64,000 nt of DNA. Source: Carcharhinus amblyrhynchos (taxonomy: Eukaryota). Under the pieces are notes generated by a model. It saw only the letters and a list, made by a program, of their open reading frames with translations, did not search any database and had not been told where the DNA came from. How positions within the stretch are numbered: the stretch's first letter is position 1; the number at the start of each line of letters is the position of its first letter. The stretch is from contig OZ336895.1 in the NCBI GenBank assembly GCA_965287045.1, forward strand, positions 15,624,001 through 15,688,000, given 5' to 3'. A program made the position numbers and the translations under genes. Positions 51,968 to 64,000 of the stretch are shown here, piece by piece.

Positions 51968-52468
51968 GAGTATCCTAGAGGAGCTTCACAAGAATGATCC
52001 CTAGAATGAAGAGCTTGTCATATGAGGAATGGTTGAGGACTCTGCGCCTGTACTCATTGAAGTTTAGGAGGATGAGGGGGTGATCTTGTTGAAACCTACA
52101 GGATAATGCGAGTCCCAGATTGAATGGACATGGAGAGGTTGTTTCCACTCGTAGGAAAAACTAGAACCAGAGGACACAACCTCAGGCTAAAGGGACGATC
52201 CTTTAAAACAGAGATGAGGAGGAATTTCTTCAACCAGAGAGTGGTGAATCTGTGGAACCCTTTGCCGCAGAAGGCTGTGGAGATCAGGTAATTGAATGTC
52301 TTTAAGACAGAGATAGATAGGTCCTTGATTAATAAGGGGATCAGAGGTTATGCGGAAAAGGCAGGAGAATGTGGATGAGAAAAATATCAGCCATGATTGA
52401 ATGACAAAGCAGAGTTAATGGGCTGAGTGGCCTAATTCTGCTCCTATGTCTTATGGTTTAATGGTCTT
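51968..52468 (+). mobile_element. CR1 LINE 3' end inserted in an HE1 remnant
   Basis: CR1 C-terminal motifs and a GTCTTATG tail. The SINE unit resumes at about 52469. Confidence 0.85.
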
Positions 52469-52859
52469 AAGATATGTAGGTTAGGGGGATTAGCTCTGTT
52501 GGAGAGCCATGCAGACTCAGTGGGCTGAATGGCCTCATTCTGCACTATTGGGATTCCATGATTCTATATCCATTTTTGCTTATAGTAACTTGAACTTAAA
52601 GGGATAGATCTTTGCATTTTTTTGTACGTTCTAGGATTATTGTGTTGTCGTATTATTAGACTATTACCTGTAATCTTCTGCAACTTATAAATAAAATAAA
52701 CCTTTTTCAGAAATCTTTGTCTCAAATTGTTTGTTCTATAGGTTCAACACTTGTAGCATGTTTGAGAGGGGAAAGTCTCACACAGCAAACGAAATGAAGT
52801 ATGAAACTAATTATGCAGGAGGATGAAACATATATTTAAATTAATATTAGTGTGAAGGA

Positions 52860-54750
52860 ATTGACAGTCAACTGTGAGTTGCAGAAACTAAGTGACTTTA
52901 AACATTTTGAAAAGGCAAGCAGAGTAGAAAAGGAGAAGGGGAAGACCTGATAATAAATGGACATAATATAAGGACATTAGCGAGAAATAAGCTTGGCTCA
53001 GGAAATTGAAAGTGGATTCAGCATGGGGGCTGATTATGAAAGAATGGTCAGAAAACTCAAGTGGAAGCAGTTTATAGGCCCCTTTACAATAGGAATACAG
53101 TTGGACAGAGCATTAAACAAGAAATTATTGGAGCTTATAACAAAGGCAATGTTGTTGGAGACTTTAGTCTTCATATAAGCTGCACCATGTAAATCGGCAA
53201 AGATGGTCTGGAAGATGTGAGTGAATCATAGAATGATTTAGTCAAAGTGTCCTGGAACTAAATGTTGTGGAACCAACAGAGATAAGACTCACTTAGGTCC
53301 ACTATTGTATAATGAAGCAGGGTTAATTAATAATGCCATAATAAAAGAATCATTGGAAAATAGTGATCGGAATATAATTGATTTTCACATTGATTTTGAA
53401 AATGACATATTCTAATCCCAAACCAGAATCATAAATCAGATAAAGCCAATCACATCGGTATCAGGGGCAAGTTGGCTGAAGTTGATTTGTTGAAATCAAA
53501 ATTTCAACAAAAATACATTCCATTGAAAACCAAAAGCCCAACGAGAAAGATCCATTCATTCCTTACTACGGAGGGTAAGAATAATATTAGATTAAAATAA
53601 TAAGTCTATAATTTTGCAAATAATAGTAATACGTTTGGGAATATTAGGGATATTAGAAACTGACAAAAATACCACCGGGGAGTAGGATAGCTTAATCTTG
53701 GGTTCGGACATTGCTCGGCACAACATCGAGGGCCGGAGGGCCTGTACTATGCTGTACTGTTCTATGTTCTATAAAAAGTTGATAAAGTGGGGAAGAACTG
53801 AATGATGTTCGGCTAACTATTCCTATTTTCTCCCCCTGTTCTTTCTTGAATAGCAGCATTACGTTTTCTAAGCTCCAAATTGCTGGGACCAGTCCAGAAT
53901 CTAGACGGTTTTGGAATATCATGGCCAGCACATCTAATACTTCTGTAGCAATCTCTTTTAGAACACTAGGTTGAAAGCCATAATGTCATAGGGATTTGAT
54001 GGATTTTAACCTTTTAAGTTTCAAAGTGAGAGTAAAATAGCCAGGGATATAAATACAGATTGTAAGAGCTTTCAGGAGTAAATGCAAAGGATAGAGTAGC
54101 TAAAGTAAGCATCGATCCCTTAGAGGCTGAGGCAAGAGAAATTATCATGGGGAATTAAGAAATAGCAGTGAACATATATTTTCTGTTTATCTTCATCGTA
54201 CAAGTCAGAAGTTACATAGCAGAAATAAAAAGGGCTAATAAGAGTGAGAAAATTAAGATAACTAATGCCAGCAGAGAAGAAGTCTTAGAGAAACTTAAAA
54301 GGTTCAATCGAGGCATTTTAGAGGGCATTGGATGATTACTTGAAAATAAACAATGTGCAAGGATTATAGGAGTATTGCACTAACTCATGATGCTCATTTG
54401 GAGAGCTGCTGCAGAGACAATGGGCTGAATGGCCTCCTTCTGCAATGTGACAATTTTTGTTTGATTCCTGGGATGAGAGAATTGTGCTATGATGCGAAGT
54501 TGTTGGGTCTATATGGTCTGGAGTTAGATGAATGAAAGAAGATGAGATTGAAATGTATAAAATTAAAAAGGAGCTTGACAGGGTAGATACTGAGGCATTG
54601 CTTCCCCTGGCTGGGGAATCTATATTTTTACCCTCTTGGGATTTCATGGTTAAAGAGAGGGGCAGCAAGGAAAATGGAGTTGAAGCTCAAGATCAACCAT
54701 GGTAAAACTAAATGGTGGAGCTTGCTCAATAAGCCTACTTGTATTTCTTA
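52860..54750 (+). mobile_element. Old rearranged CR1 LINE (endonuclease to RT) with an inverted segment at 53798-54022
   Basis: ORF 53692-53931(-) AMIFQNRLDSGLVPAIWSLENVMLLFKK is the CR1 RT N-terminus in the opposite orientation to its flanks. Confidence 0.75.
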
Positions 54751-56685
54751 AAAGGTTCAGCCATGCATCTGAAAATTGGAATTAATTTAACTCTAAAGAA
54801 ATAATTGTATATCTATCCTGAAGGGGAAACATTTACAGAACTATGGAGTAACAGCAGTGGATTGGGACTAATTGGATAGCCCTTTCAAAGAGCTAGCACA
54901 GGCAAAATGGACCAAATGGCATCCTTTGGCACTTCATCATGATATGATTCCATACAAAATGCAAAACAACTTTTTAACCAAGTTCCCCTCAGTTGTTAAA
55001 TTCATACAATTATGTGGCAGATTCACACAAATAGCAGCACTAAAATAGTTTGTGTTTTAACAATTAATGAATATTTTATATTAGAGTTTGGTTCCTGAAC
55101 AAATCCCTCTTGTCTTAACTGTCATTTATAGCAAAATAATGTTTGAGAACTAGACTGTACAACACGGTACATGTGCTCCATCCTTTGTCGTTCCTCCTAT
55201 GATAACACACTTAATTAAATTTTCAATGCAGATTGAATATGATGCCTAGTGGTTAATGAGCATCTGATAATGTGAAGGGAGTATTTGTTCAGGTACTGAC
55301 TACCTACCTCCCTATATATTCTGCATTGTTTCCGTAAGAAGAATGACTTTATATTGGGGCTTATTCTGCAGCTGATCTAGTTGCTCCCGTTCAGAAGCTT
55401 CCAGAAGTGATGAAGTTGGGATAAAATACAACTGGTTACAGCTCTTGCCATTGTCACATTTTTTTCCCAGGAATCTCCACCCTAAGCACATGGCATCTGT
55501 CACTGAAGTGAGGGTGGCTGAACTGACTCAACTGTGTCAATCTTCAATAAGAACTTAAATTCCTCAGCTCTGGAAGGCTGGATAGACTGGGACTTTTCTC
55601 TTTGGAGCATAGAAGGCTGAGGGGTGATCTTACAGAGCTCTACAGAACCCTAGTTGCCCCCCCTGACAATAAGGGGCAATTTAGCCCGGCCAATCCACCT
55701 AACCCGTGCATCTTTGAACTGTGGGAGGAAACCAGAGCACCCGGAAGAAACCCACACAGACATAGTGAGAACGTGCAGACTCCACACGAACATATGACCT
55801 AAGCCGGGAATTGTACCTTGGCCCTTGATGCTGTGAGGCCACCATGAAGCAGTTTGCAGATGAAGTATGAATCGCTGTACCTATGAAAAAAATGCAGTTC
55901 AGCAATTTATTATTCAAATGTACCCTTGTTTATCTTCCCTAAGAACTCAAATCTTCACACAAAACTGCGCCCTCAAAATAGTTACGTTATTTTTGAAGTT
56001 GCAGCTGTCTCTACACAACATTATTGCGCAGAAGAAAGATGCTACTGTCCTGAAAAGAGGAAATTAAAATCAGTGTGTTGATTGTTTTAATTTGTCTCTT
56101 AATGGAATACGATGAAACAGAATGGATTGAAAATGAAAAACACAGGGTGGGGATCTGTAAAAATGAACAACGCAGAGGCTGCACTGCCACTGAATATAAT
56201 TAGATAAAAAATAAAGTTTAATGTATTAAGCTGTGGTTCGTTCACCTCGTGTTGCTAACCTTTTTGAATACGTGAGTGCACATATCACACACCCGATACG
56301 GAAAGGATTCTTGCTTTGGATTTAGGATACAGAGGAGAAACATTGATGTAGCCATGAATTGCATTGGACATTGTTGGCTTCAGGCACTTTAGTAATTTCG
56401 TTTAAACAGTTATTGCAAGGTAATTTAACACAGGGTACTAGTCACACAATAAAATGCCTGTAATATCATCCTGTTATATTAATGCAGTAATTCTACTTGA
56501 TTATGTTTTTGCATCAGAATGTAATAGACTTACAGAGCTTTTTATGGACTGCTCAATAAAGGGCACCAGCCACTTATTCCCCTGTTGGCTACTTGAACCT
56601 TGGGTCTCCAGCCATTCACAATTGTACTTTTGGAACACTTAGAGAAAAGTCAAGAGGGAGTCACTGGAAAAGCAGTTCCCATTAT

Positions 56686-57020
56686 GGGTGGCATGGCGAC
56701 ACTGTAGTTAGCACTGCTGTCTCACAGCGCCAGGGACCTGGCTTCAATTCCAGCCTTGGGTCACTGCCAGTATGGAGTTTGTATTTTCTCCCCATTTCCT
56801 CCCATAGTGGGTTTCCTCCGGGTGCTCCGGTTTCCTCCCACAGTGCAAAGATGTGCAGTTAGGTGTATTGGCCATGCTAAGTTGCCCCTTAGTGTCCAAA
56901 GATGTGTAGATTAGACAATTAGTGGGGTAAATGTGTGTACTTAAAGGGATAGGGCCTTGGTGGAATTGCTGTTGGTGCAGACTCAATGGGCCAAATGGCC
57001 TCCTTCTGTAACATAGGGGT
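56686..57020 (+). mobile_element. HE1-type SINE
   Basis: Full-length copy. Confidence 0.9.
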
Positions 57021-57239
57021 TTGATCCAATGATTAGGTGGCTGGGGCAGAGCTGGGGAATGGAGAGAAATGATGAAACAAGCATTTACTTTGATATTTCT
57101 GTTGTGTGTGTGTGTGTGCTTATGAGTAAATTTAGGTGAGGCCACAAAACTATCCCTTTCCTTTGTAGAAAGAAGCTCTACTAGTTCTCACTTTACTGTG
57201 ACATCCTCCTCAATGTAGTAATGATATCAATTAGGCGTC

Positions 57240-57670
57240 AGCATGGCTCAGTTCATAGAGCTGCTGGGTTCAAGTTCCACTCCATGGTGTGAGTATAAAG
57301 ATTTAGGCTAACAGAGTGCCATACTGAAGAAGTTCTACACAGTTGGAAGTGCCAACATCCAGATGAGACATTAAACAAAGGCACCATTTGCCTGCTCGAG
57401 TAGATGTACTATTAGGAGGTACATGGTACCATTCTGAAAAAGAGCAGCGGAGCTATCTCCATGCCCTGGCCAGTATTTATCTTTCAATTACCATCACAAA
57501 AACAGATTATCTGTTCATTGTTATTTATAGAAGCTTGCTGTGTGCAAGTTATCTGCCGTGTTTCCTATGTTAGAACTCGGTGACTATGTTTCAGGGAGAA
57601 CTTCATCACCCAAGCAAAGAATTCTGGGGTGTCCTGGGCTCGTGAAAGGTGCAGTGTAAATATGAGTCTT
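57240..57670 (+). mobile_element. Deu-domain SINE (SacSINE1/AmnSINE-like)
   Basis: tRNA-like head (TGGCTCAGTT, GGTTCAAGTTCC) followed by AGATGAGACATTAAAC...GAAAAAGAGCAG...CCTGGCCAGTATTTATC. Confidence 0.72.
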
Positions 57671-58609
57671 TGGACTGGATTTTCTGGCCATTTATGCTGG
57701 TGGGATCTTCCGGTCCCACCGATGGCGACTAACCCCACCCCCCTCCCCCTTCAGTGGAAAGCACGAACATCGGGGAACCGCCTTAACAGCAACAGAACTG
57801 GAAGATCCTGCTACTGGCCAATGGCGGGCCAATTCACCGCTACAAAACATGGGGAGTGGAAAATCCCACACTTCCATTCTTTATCCCCATTGAAGATTGA
57901 CGGTAAAACTTTGTCAGGGTTTCTTGGGTACCTCTGTAAGCTATACCTGCTGTAAACACCATAGCTCATTTTGGACCCAAAGAATGCCCCTCAGAAGTAA
58001 ACTCCAAACCCAGCCACAATTCGGGCGTTGAGTAATTTACTTTTGTTTTTCACTCACAGTTTATCCCTTTAAGGTATCCTACCAAGCAAGTAAAGAAAAT
58101 AAAATCAATGAATAAGAGAAAATAAACTTGAAACCCAAAATAGAAATGGAACAAACACATCAGTCTGATTAGTATCTGTAAATGAAAAGATATTTTAACT
58201 CTCTTTTCCATTCTATAACACCACCCTATAATAACTACGATGCTATATTTAATTCCAACCTACAGGCATGAATATTGCAGAAAGCCCATCTCTGCAAAAA
58301 TTAATCCTAGCCCTTTCCATCCCGTTACAGAAGCAATCAACTCTACCTGTCCTGCCCTGAAACATTGATAGAAGTGTTTTTAAAACAAGTCGTTCAGAAT
58401 AAAAAGCCTTTGGGTGCACATAGACCACCATAATGATCAGTTAGAAATAACAAGTGTTCTACATTCAGGAATATTAAATCAGCTTTATAATTGTGCCAGT
58501 ATTTACAATGACTGAGAGTCTCCTACAATAACTTCAAGTATTTCTATCAAATTGCACTAAACAGTCCAAAAACTCAACAACTTCCATCTTTGCTGTTTAC
58601 AAACCATTT

Positions 58610-58905
58610 GGACGACATGGTGGCACAGCGGTTAGCGCTGCTGCCTCACAGCACCGAGGATCTGGGTTCGACTCCTGGCTTGGGTCACTGTGTGGAATTT
58701 GCATGCTCTCCCCGTGCCTGTGTGGGTTTCCTCCTGGTGCTCCAGTTTCCTCCCATTGTCTGAAAGACGTGCTGGTTAGGGTGCATTGGCCACACTAAAT
58801 TCTCCCTCAGTGTACCCGAACAGGCGCCAGAGTGTGGCGACTAGGGGATTTTCACAGTAACCTCATTGTAGTATTAATGTGAGTCTACTTGTGACACGAA
58901 TAAAT
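58610..58905 (+). mobile_element. HE1-related SINE, alternative tail
   Basis: Full-length copy. Confidence 0.9.
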
Positions 58906-59472
58906 TAACATTTTGGGTATCTCATCGAAGAACAAGGCCATGATTGCAGCAGTCCTCTCAAGAGCAATGTTCCTGAGTATGTGGACACTCCTCAAGCAAA
59001 GGTGACTTCACTGGTTCAGGCACATTCACAGGATGGAAGCTCGCTTTCTATATGCCAAGCAGGTGACTAGCAGCACTTTCAAATCTCCACTTCAAGGATG
59101 CTTGCGAGTGTGACCCAATTCTCACATCTGGGACACATTAATGGATGGCAGAGGAAAATGGAGGCATGACATATGGGCTGGCATGTGCCCCCATGATGCT
59201 CAGTGGCCACAGCAGCTTGGCAACATGCAGTAACACTGAAAACAACAACCCATACTGACTCCTGATCTCATTCATGGCACTTGTTGCTGAACTTGCCTCT
59301 CATGGATTGGTCTCTCTACCCATCAGCAAATGTACATGACATGAAGCTACAACATTTCCAGTGGATTTGAATTGCTGTTTGTTGACCATCTTACGTAGAT
59401 GGAAGGGTGCTGATGACAGTCACATTATACTGAAAGGTTCAAATCTCACACTAGAATGGAGAATGCTTACCC

Positions 59473-59975
59473 GACTGTTCCCTTCCTGTTGGCGAACACT
59501 TCAGTGGTCACGGGCATTCAGCCTCTGACCTTCAGGTAAGCATTCTCTAAGGCGGCCTTCATGACACACGACAGCGCAGAGTCGCTGAACAGAGACTGAT
59601 AGCCAAGTTCCGCACACATGAGGACGGTCTCAACAGGGATCTTGGGTTCATGTCGCACTATCTGTAACCCCCGTGACTTGCCTGGGTTTGCAAAACCTCA
59701 CTTACTGTACTGTCTGGAGACAATACACATCTCTTTAAACTGTGATCAGTGCTCCTTCCACTCATATTATCAGCCACTTCAGGTCTTGAACAGCAGGTTA
59801 GGTGTAAAGATTCGCATTCTAATCAGTAATCTCTAAACTGTCTGTGCTTTATATGCTCTGTCTGAGGCCAGAATTCTCCATTCACCTGACGAAGAGGGTG
59901 TCCCTCGAAAGCTTGTGAGTATATTATCAAATAAATAGGTTGGACTAAAACCTGGTGTTGTCAGACTTTTTACTG
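59473..59975 (+). mobile_element. Penelope-like element 3' end: GIY-YIG endonuclease C-terminus plus pLTR
   Basis: 59473-59667 translates DCSLPVGEHFSGHGHSASDLQVSIL*GGLHDTRQRRVAEQRLIAKFRTHEDGLNRDLGFMSHYL*, with the HF..H, R..E..I and GLN motifs of PLE GIY-YIG domains. Confidence 0.88.
59881..59920 (+). ncRNA. Minimal type-I hammerhead ribozyme motif
   Basis: UUCAC-CUGACGA-A-GAGGG-UGU-CCCUC-GAAA-GC-UU-GUGAG. Confidence 0.75.
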
Positions 59976-60260
59976 TGTGCACAAGAGGACACAGGTTTAA
60001 GGTGCTTGGGAATTGGTACAGAGGAAATGTCAGGGGTAAGTTTTTCAGTCAGAGAGTGGTGGGTGCATGGAATGGGCTGCCAGCGACAGTGGTGGAGGTG
60101 GATTTGATAGGGTCTTTTAAGAGACTTTTAGATAAGTACACGGGACTTAGTAAGATAGAGAGTTATAGGTAAGCCTAGTAATCGCTGAGGTAGGGACATG
60201 TTCGGAACAACTTTGTAGGCTGAAGGGCCTGTATTGTGCTGTAGTTTTTCTATGTTTCTA
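59976..60260 (+). mobile_element. CR1 LINE 3' end
   Basis: Translates TRGHRFKV...FFSQRVVGAWNGLP. Confidence 0.9.
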
Positions 60261-60693
60261 TTTTTCTTGCTAATTGCAGATAATGGAGGAGTCATCTTAG
60301 TTTTCTGATCTCTGAACCAGTGTGGAAAAGTAATGAACTGCCCGTCAGATGTTTCTGGGATGTTGTTGGTATCGAATGATTGCTGTGTTTGTCCACATAA
60401 CAAGGCCACTGCACGCCAGAAGTAATTATTACCCTAATCAAACAGAAACATTCCAGCAGGATAAACTGCTAGATGAATGCAAGTGTTATTATTTTCCCTT
60501 GCTTTATTTTAAACTGCCTGGTATCTGGCTGATAATTTTTTTAAAAAAACACCCAGAGGCTTGGGACAGCAATGAGTACGCAGATTGTCATTTTATTAGG
60601 AGTTCAGCAAACACAGTGATCAATTTGAATCTTATATCATCACTGCACGTTCCAAGTTTAGTACATGACTGGGGATGAGTTGCAAACTTGGAT

Positions 60694-61309
60694 GGGTGGA
60701 ATTTGCTCAGAAAAATTGTAAACGTAGAGCAGGTGAGGAAACTGGGGGTTTTCACACTGCCCCTCCCTCCTCCACACACACACAGTGGACAACCCTCCCC
60801 TCCTACCAAACGGACCCTCTCTCCGAATGCTACCAACCCCCTAATTAATGCCGCTCCCGATCATCACCCAACCCCCTGATCAGCCTCCACCACCCGCCCC
60901 CCCCCGCCATGCAGAATTACCTCTCCCCATCAGGCTCTGCCCCATTAGACCCTGCCCCCTCTGCCCCTGCCCCCACTAGGCCCTGCCCTCTCTGCAACCC
61001 TCCACCCCCTTGGCAGTGCCAGGGTGATGGGGTGGGCGGAGGGTTTCAATGGTCTCTGGTCCCACCGGTGGGGCTATCACATCTGGTGATGGGGACCATC
61101 TGTAATTCTCACCAGTGAGGACCTTCCGTGGCGAGGTGGGAAAGGTAAATGAGCTCAGACAATAGCGTCTCAGGCTGACTTTTCGCCTCTCGCTCATACA
61201 ACCAGTGCAGCGGCTGGGGAAGGGAGAGGGGCTTTGGGGGTTTTTTGGGGGGGAGGGTGTTGTGGGGCAGGAAGGGGGTGGGGGAGAGGTGTGTGTGGAA
61301 ATTCCGCCC
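60694..61309. mobile_element. Non-autonomous TIR element (PIF/Harbinger-like), TSD GAT
   Basis: GAT|GGGTGGAATTT...AAATTCCGCCC|GAT. Confidence 0.75.
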
Positions 61310-61929
61310 GATAAGTCTGAGGTCGGGGTGTGTAACTACATGAGATATTACATGCTGATGTTGTAAAAATCATAGCTACAGTCTTTACTGTAACACACCA
61401 GAATAGATAGCCACTTCTTAGTTTTCTTATTACTTTACTTAATGACCAGGACCAAAGTGTAACTGCAAATGCAGAAAACATTTCATTGTGGAAAAATCAA
61501 TAGGATAAGAGCCCAAATAGTTGGAAGGATTATTTACTTACTAAGTATGTTTTATAATTTAATTCTTCAATGCAGGACATAGAGTTTCAGTTGAAACTGC
61601 ACTGTGCAAGTCTATAAACAGAATCTACTTATTTTTAAAATGTTGAGGACTCTGTTAAAAAACAGTGGACTGAGGAATCTCCAGCAATCGTCACATTTTG
61701 TACAAAAATTTTTAAGGGCCTCAAGTGATGCCAGACTGACATGTTTCCAATCTGAAAACTGCAGTCAAAAAATAAATCACTCATTTATCAGTCCAAGTGA
61801 GTTACTATTCAGCTTTGATGGATTGGATGTTGGGCAGATGCAACTAGATCAAGTCATCTATACAAATCCCTGACCTTCTGTTCCTCATGCTCTCTTTCTC
61901 CCACTTTCACTGCATTCCCAACTATAAAC

Positions 61930-62240
61930 ATGGAATCATAGGCTCCTACAGTGGAGAAGGAAGCCATTCGGCCCATCGAGTCTGCACCGACCACAATCCC
62001 ATCCAGGCCCTGTCCCCATAACCCCATGCATTTACCCTAGCTAGTCACCCTGACACTAAAGAGTAATTTACCATGGCCAATCCACCTAACCCGCACATCT
62101 TTGAACTGTGGGAGAAAACCAGAGCACCTGGAGGAAACCTACACAGACACAGGGAGAAGACGCAAACTGCACACAGACAGTGACCCAAGCCAGGATTTAC
62201 ACCCGAGCCTCGAACCTGGCGCTGTGCCATCATGCTGCCC
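61930..62240 (-). mobile_element. HE1-type SINE
   Basis: Tail, V-domain and partial head on the minus strand. Confidence 0.9.
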
Positions 62241-64000
62241 ACTAATCTATTATTTATTACAATCTATTATTGTGACTTTTCTGGCTGAACCTGATCTCGA
62301 ATGGTCCATTGTAGCTCTTGGCATATCCAACTGCTAAGTTCATTAGTGCATTTCCGTCCAAAGAATATAACTCTTTAACCTCCCGGTAATGATTCCTTCT
62401 CACATACATTTCAACAAGTGCTTCAAGACCTTGTCCCTGTTTTTGGGGTAATTATGAACAGTGACAATTGAAAGGCTACACGACCTTGGAACCAGCCTAA
62501 CCAGGTCTGATTCCACGCCTACTTGATATTTAGAATGTGAAAACTCCATACAGGCTGTCACCCAAGCCGGGAATTGAACCCAGTTCCCTGGCACTGTGAG
62601 GCAGCAATCACTGTGCCACCGGGTCGCTCTCCTTGTCTTGTCAACTAGAAATAATAGCTACTCAATCAGCTATCTTGCTCTTTCACCAGCAGTTTTTGCA
62701 TGGTTCAATGTGCAGAGGGTGGGTGGGGTAGGGGGGAGTTGGAGGGATACACGATGCGGGGAAACAGCTCATTAAAGGAGCTTCCTGCAGATTCAGGGGT
62801 TGAGGTGTTCCTGATTGGGCACACTGTGGCCCAAAGATGATCTCATGGACCCACCTGTCTTTCATTGCTGGTTGAAGATATGTCTCTTCCTCAGAATGCT
62901 GCCATTGTATCATTTGTGTCATCTTGAGAGCACGGACATCTAGAAGATGACCCTGGTCTGTGGATCACTAGTCCAGTGACAATACCACCATGTCACCATG
63001 TCTGGGTCTTCAGTCTCCACCTTGTAGAGTACTTTTGGGCCTTTTGTCTATTTCTAGGGTACTTGCACAGTCTGTTATTGGAGCCCATCCCATTACAGTG
63101 GAAGTATTCACAGGACACAGATCTCTCCTATGAGGGTGTTTCACCTTGTAGTGCTGGCAAGGTCACTCTGCTGGCTGGGGAAATAGTTACTTCCCTTGAT
63201 TTGAATCACTCCTATCTCTTTGCAGCCTGGAAAGCTGTACAAGGTCTGCCCCATTTTCTATTCCCTCCCCTTACAATTGCCCTGTATGGTTCAGACAGTC
63301 TAATCACTGTCTGAATTTGACAACAATTCTAATTATCTTGATTCTCCAGGGAGGGACTTGAACCCACAACCTTGTGACTCAGAGTCAAAAGTGCTACCAC
63401 CGAGCCAAGGCTAATACCTTGATAAAAGTGTACCATCTGTGGGAGGTAAAACCACTTTACACCGACGCAACGAGTGGTCAGTTAAATTGCCAAGTGAGAA
63501 GTAACTTTTCAAACATTTTGTCAGCATTGATTTATAGATTCTGGGTCATACTTATTTCTAACAAGTTTTCTGTCAGTCAGCAGTCAGGCAGGTTTTAGCT
63601 GAATGCTTCAATTCATGGCAGCCTTTATATAACAAATTCAGACCTTCAATCTTTGCACTGCATGATTATCTTAAACTCTGTTCAAATGGCTACACTAGGG
63701 AGCGGGGGACCTTGATAAATAATACTCCTGTCAAATACTCTATTTTAAATTCACATAATGGAGCAGAGTGCTTAACAGCACATACCGACGCTCTTCAAAT
63801 AGTATAAATCTCATGCTGTAGAGTGGAAGAATTTATTGACTCAAAGCTGGCTGACTTAGAAATATTTTCACCAAGGCTCTACTTCATGTAGAAGTGTGTA
63901 ATAGGAGGAGGGGAACTTCTCATCTCATTACGTTGACAGAACCAGCCGTAATATTTTGGGGTGACCCATCAGGGTTTGATATACAAATGTTTGTGTTGTA

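Overview
Repeat-dominated vertebrate genomic DNA. The repeat complement (HE1/V-SINE family, Deu-domain SINEs, CR1 LINEs with GTTCTAT-type tails, Penelope-like elements) points to an elasmobranch (shark). This is an inference from repeat recognition. I found no confidently identifiable protein-coding gene, and nearly all ORFs in the track are SINE, LINE or microsatellite read-throughs. The strongest signal is a set of minimal type-I hammerhead ribozyme motifs in Penelope-like termini (59881-59920 + and 27434-27470 -) whose stem II sequences differ but both pair. Other signals are a repeat-poor island with a CTCF site and a GAS plus IRF motif pair (19.8-20.8 kb), a CCAAT-box tandem array in a Tigger-like relic, a V-SINE-like insertion led by a splice acceptor, a solo LTR, a MITE family with 3-bp target duplications, and candidate non-coding minus-strand exons. 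Repeat boundaries were placed by eye and are approximate unless junction sequences are quoted.
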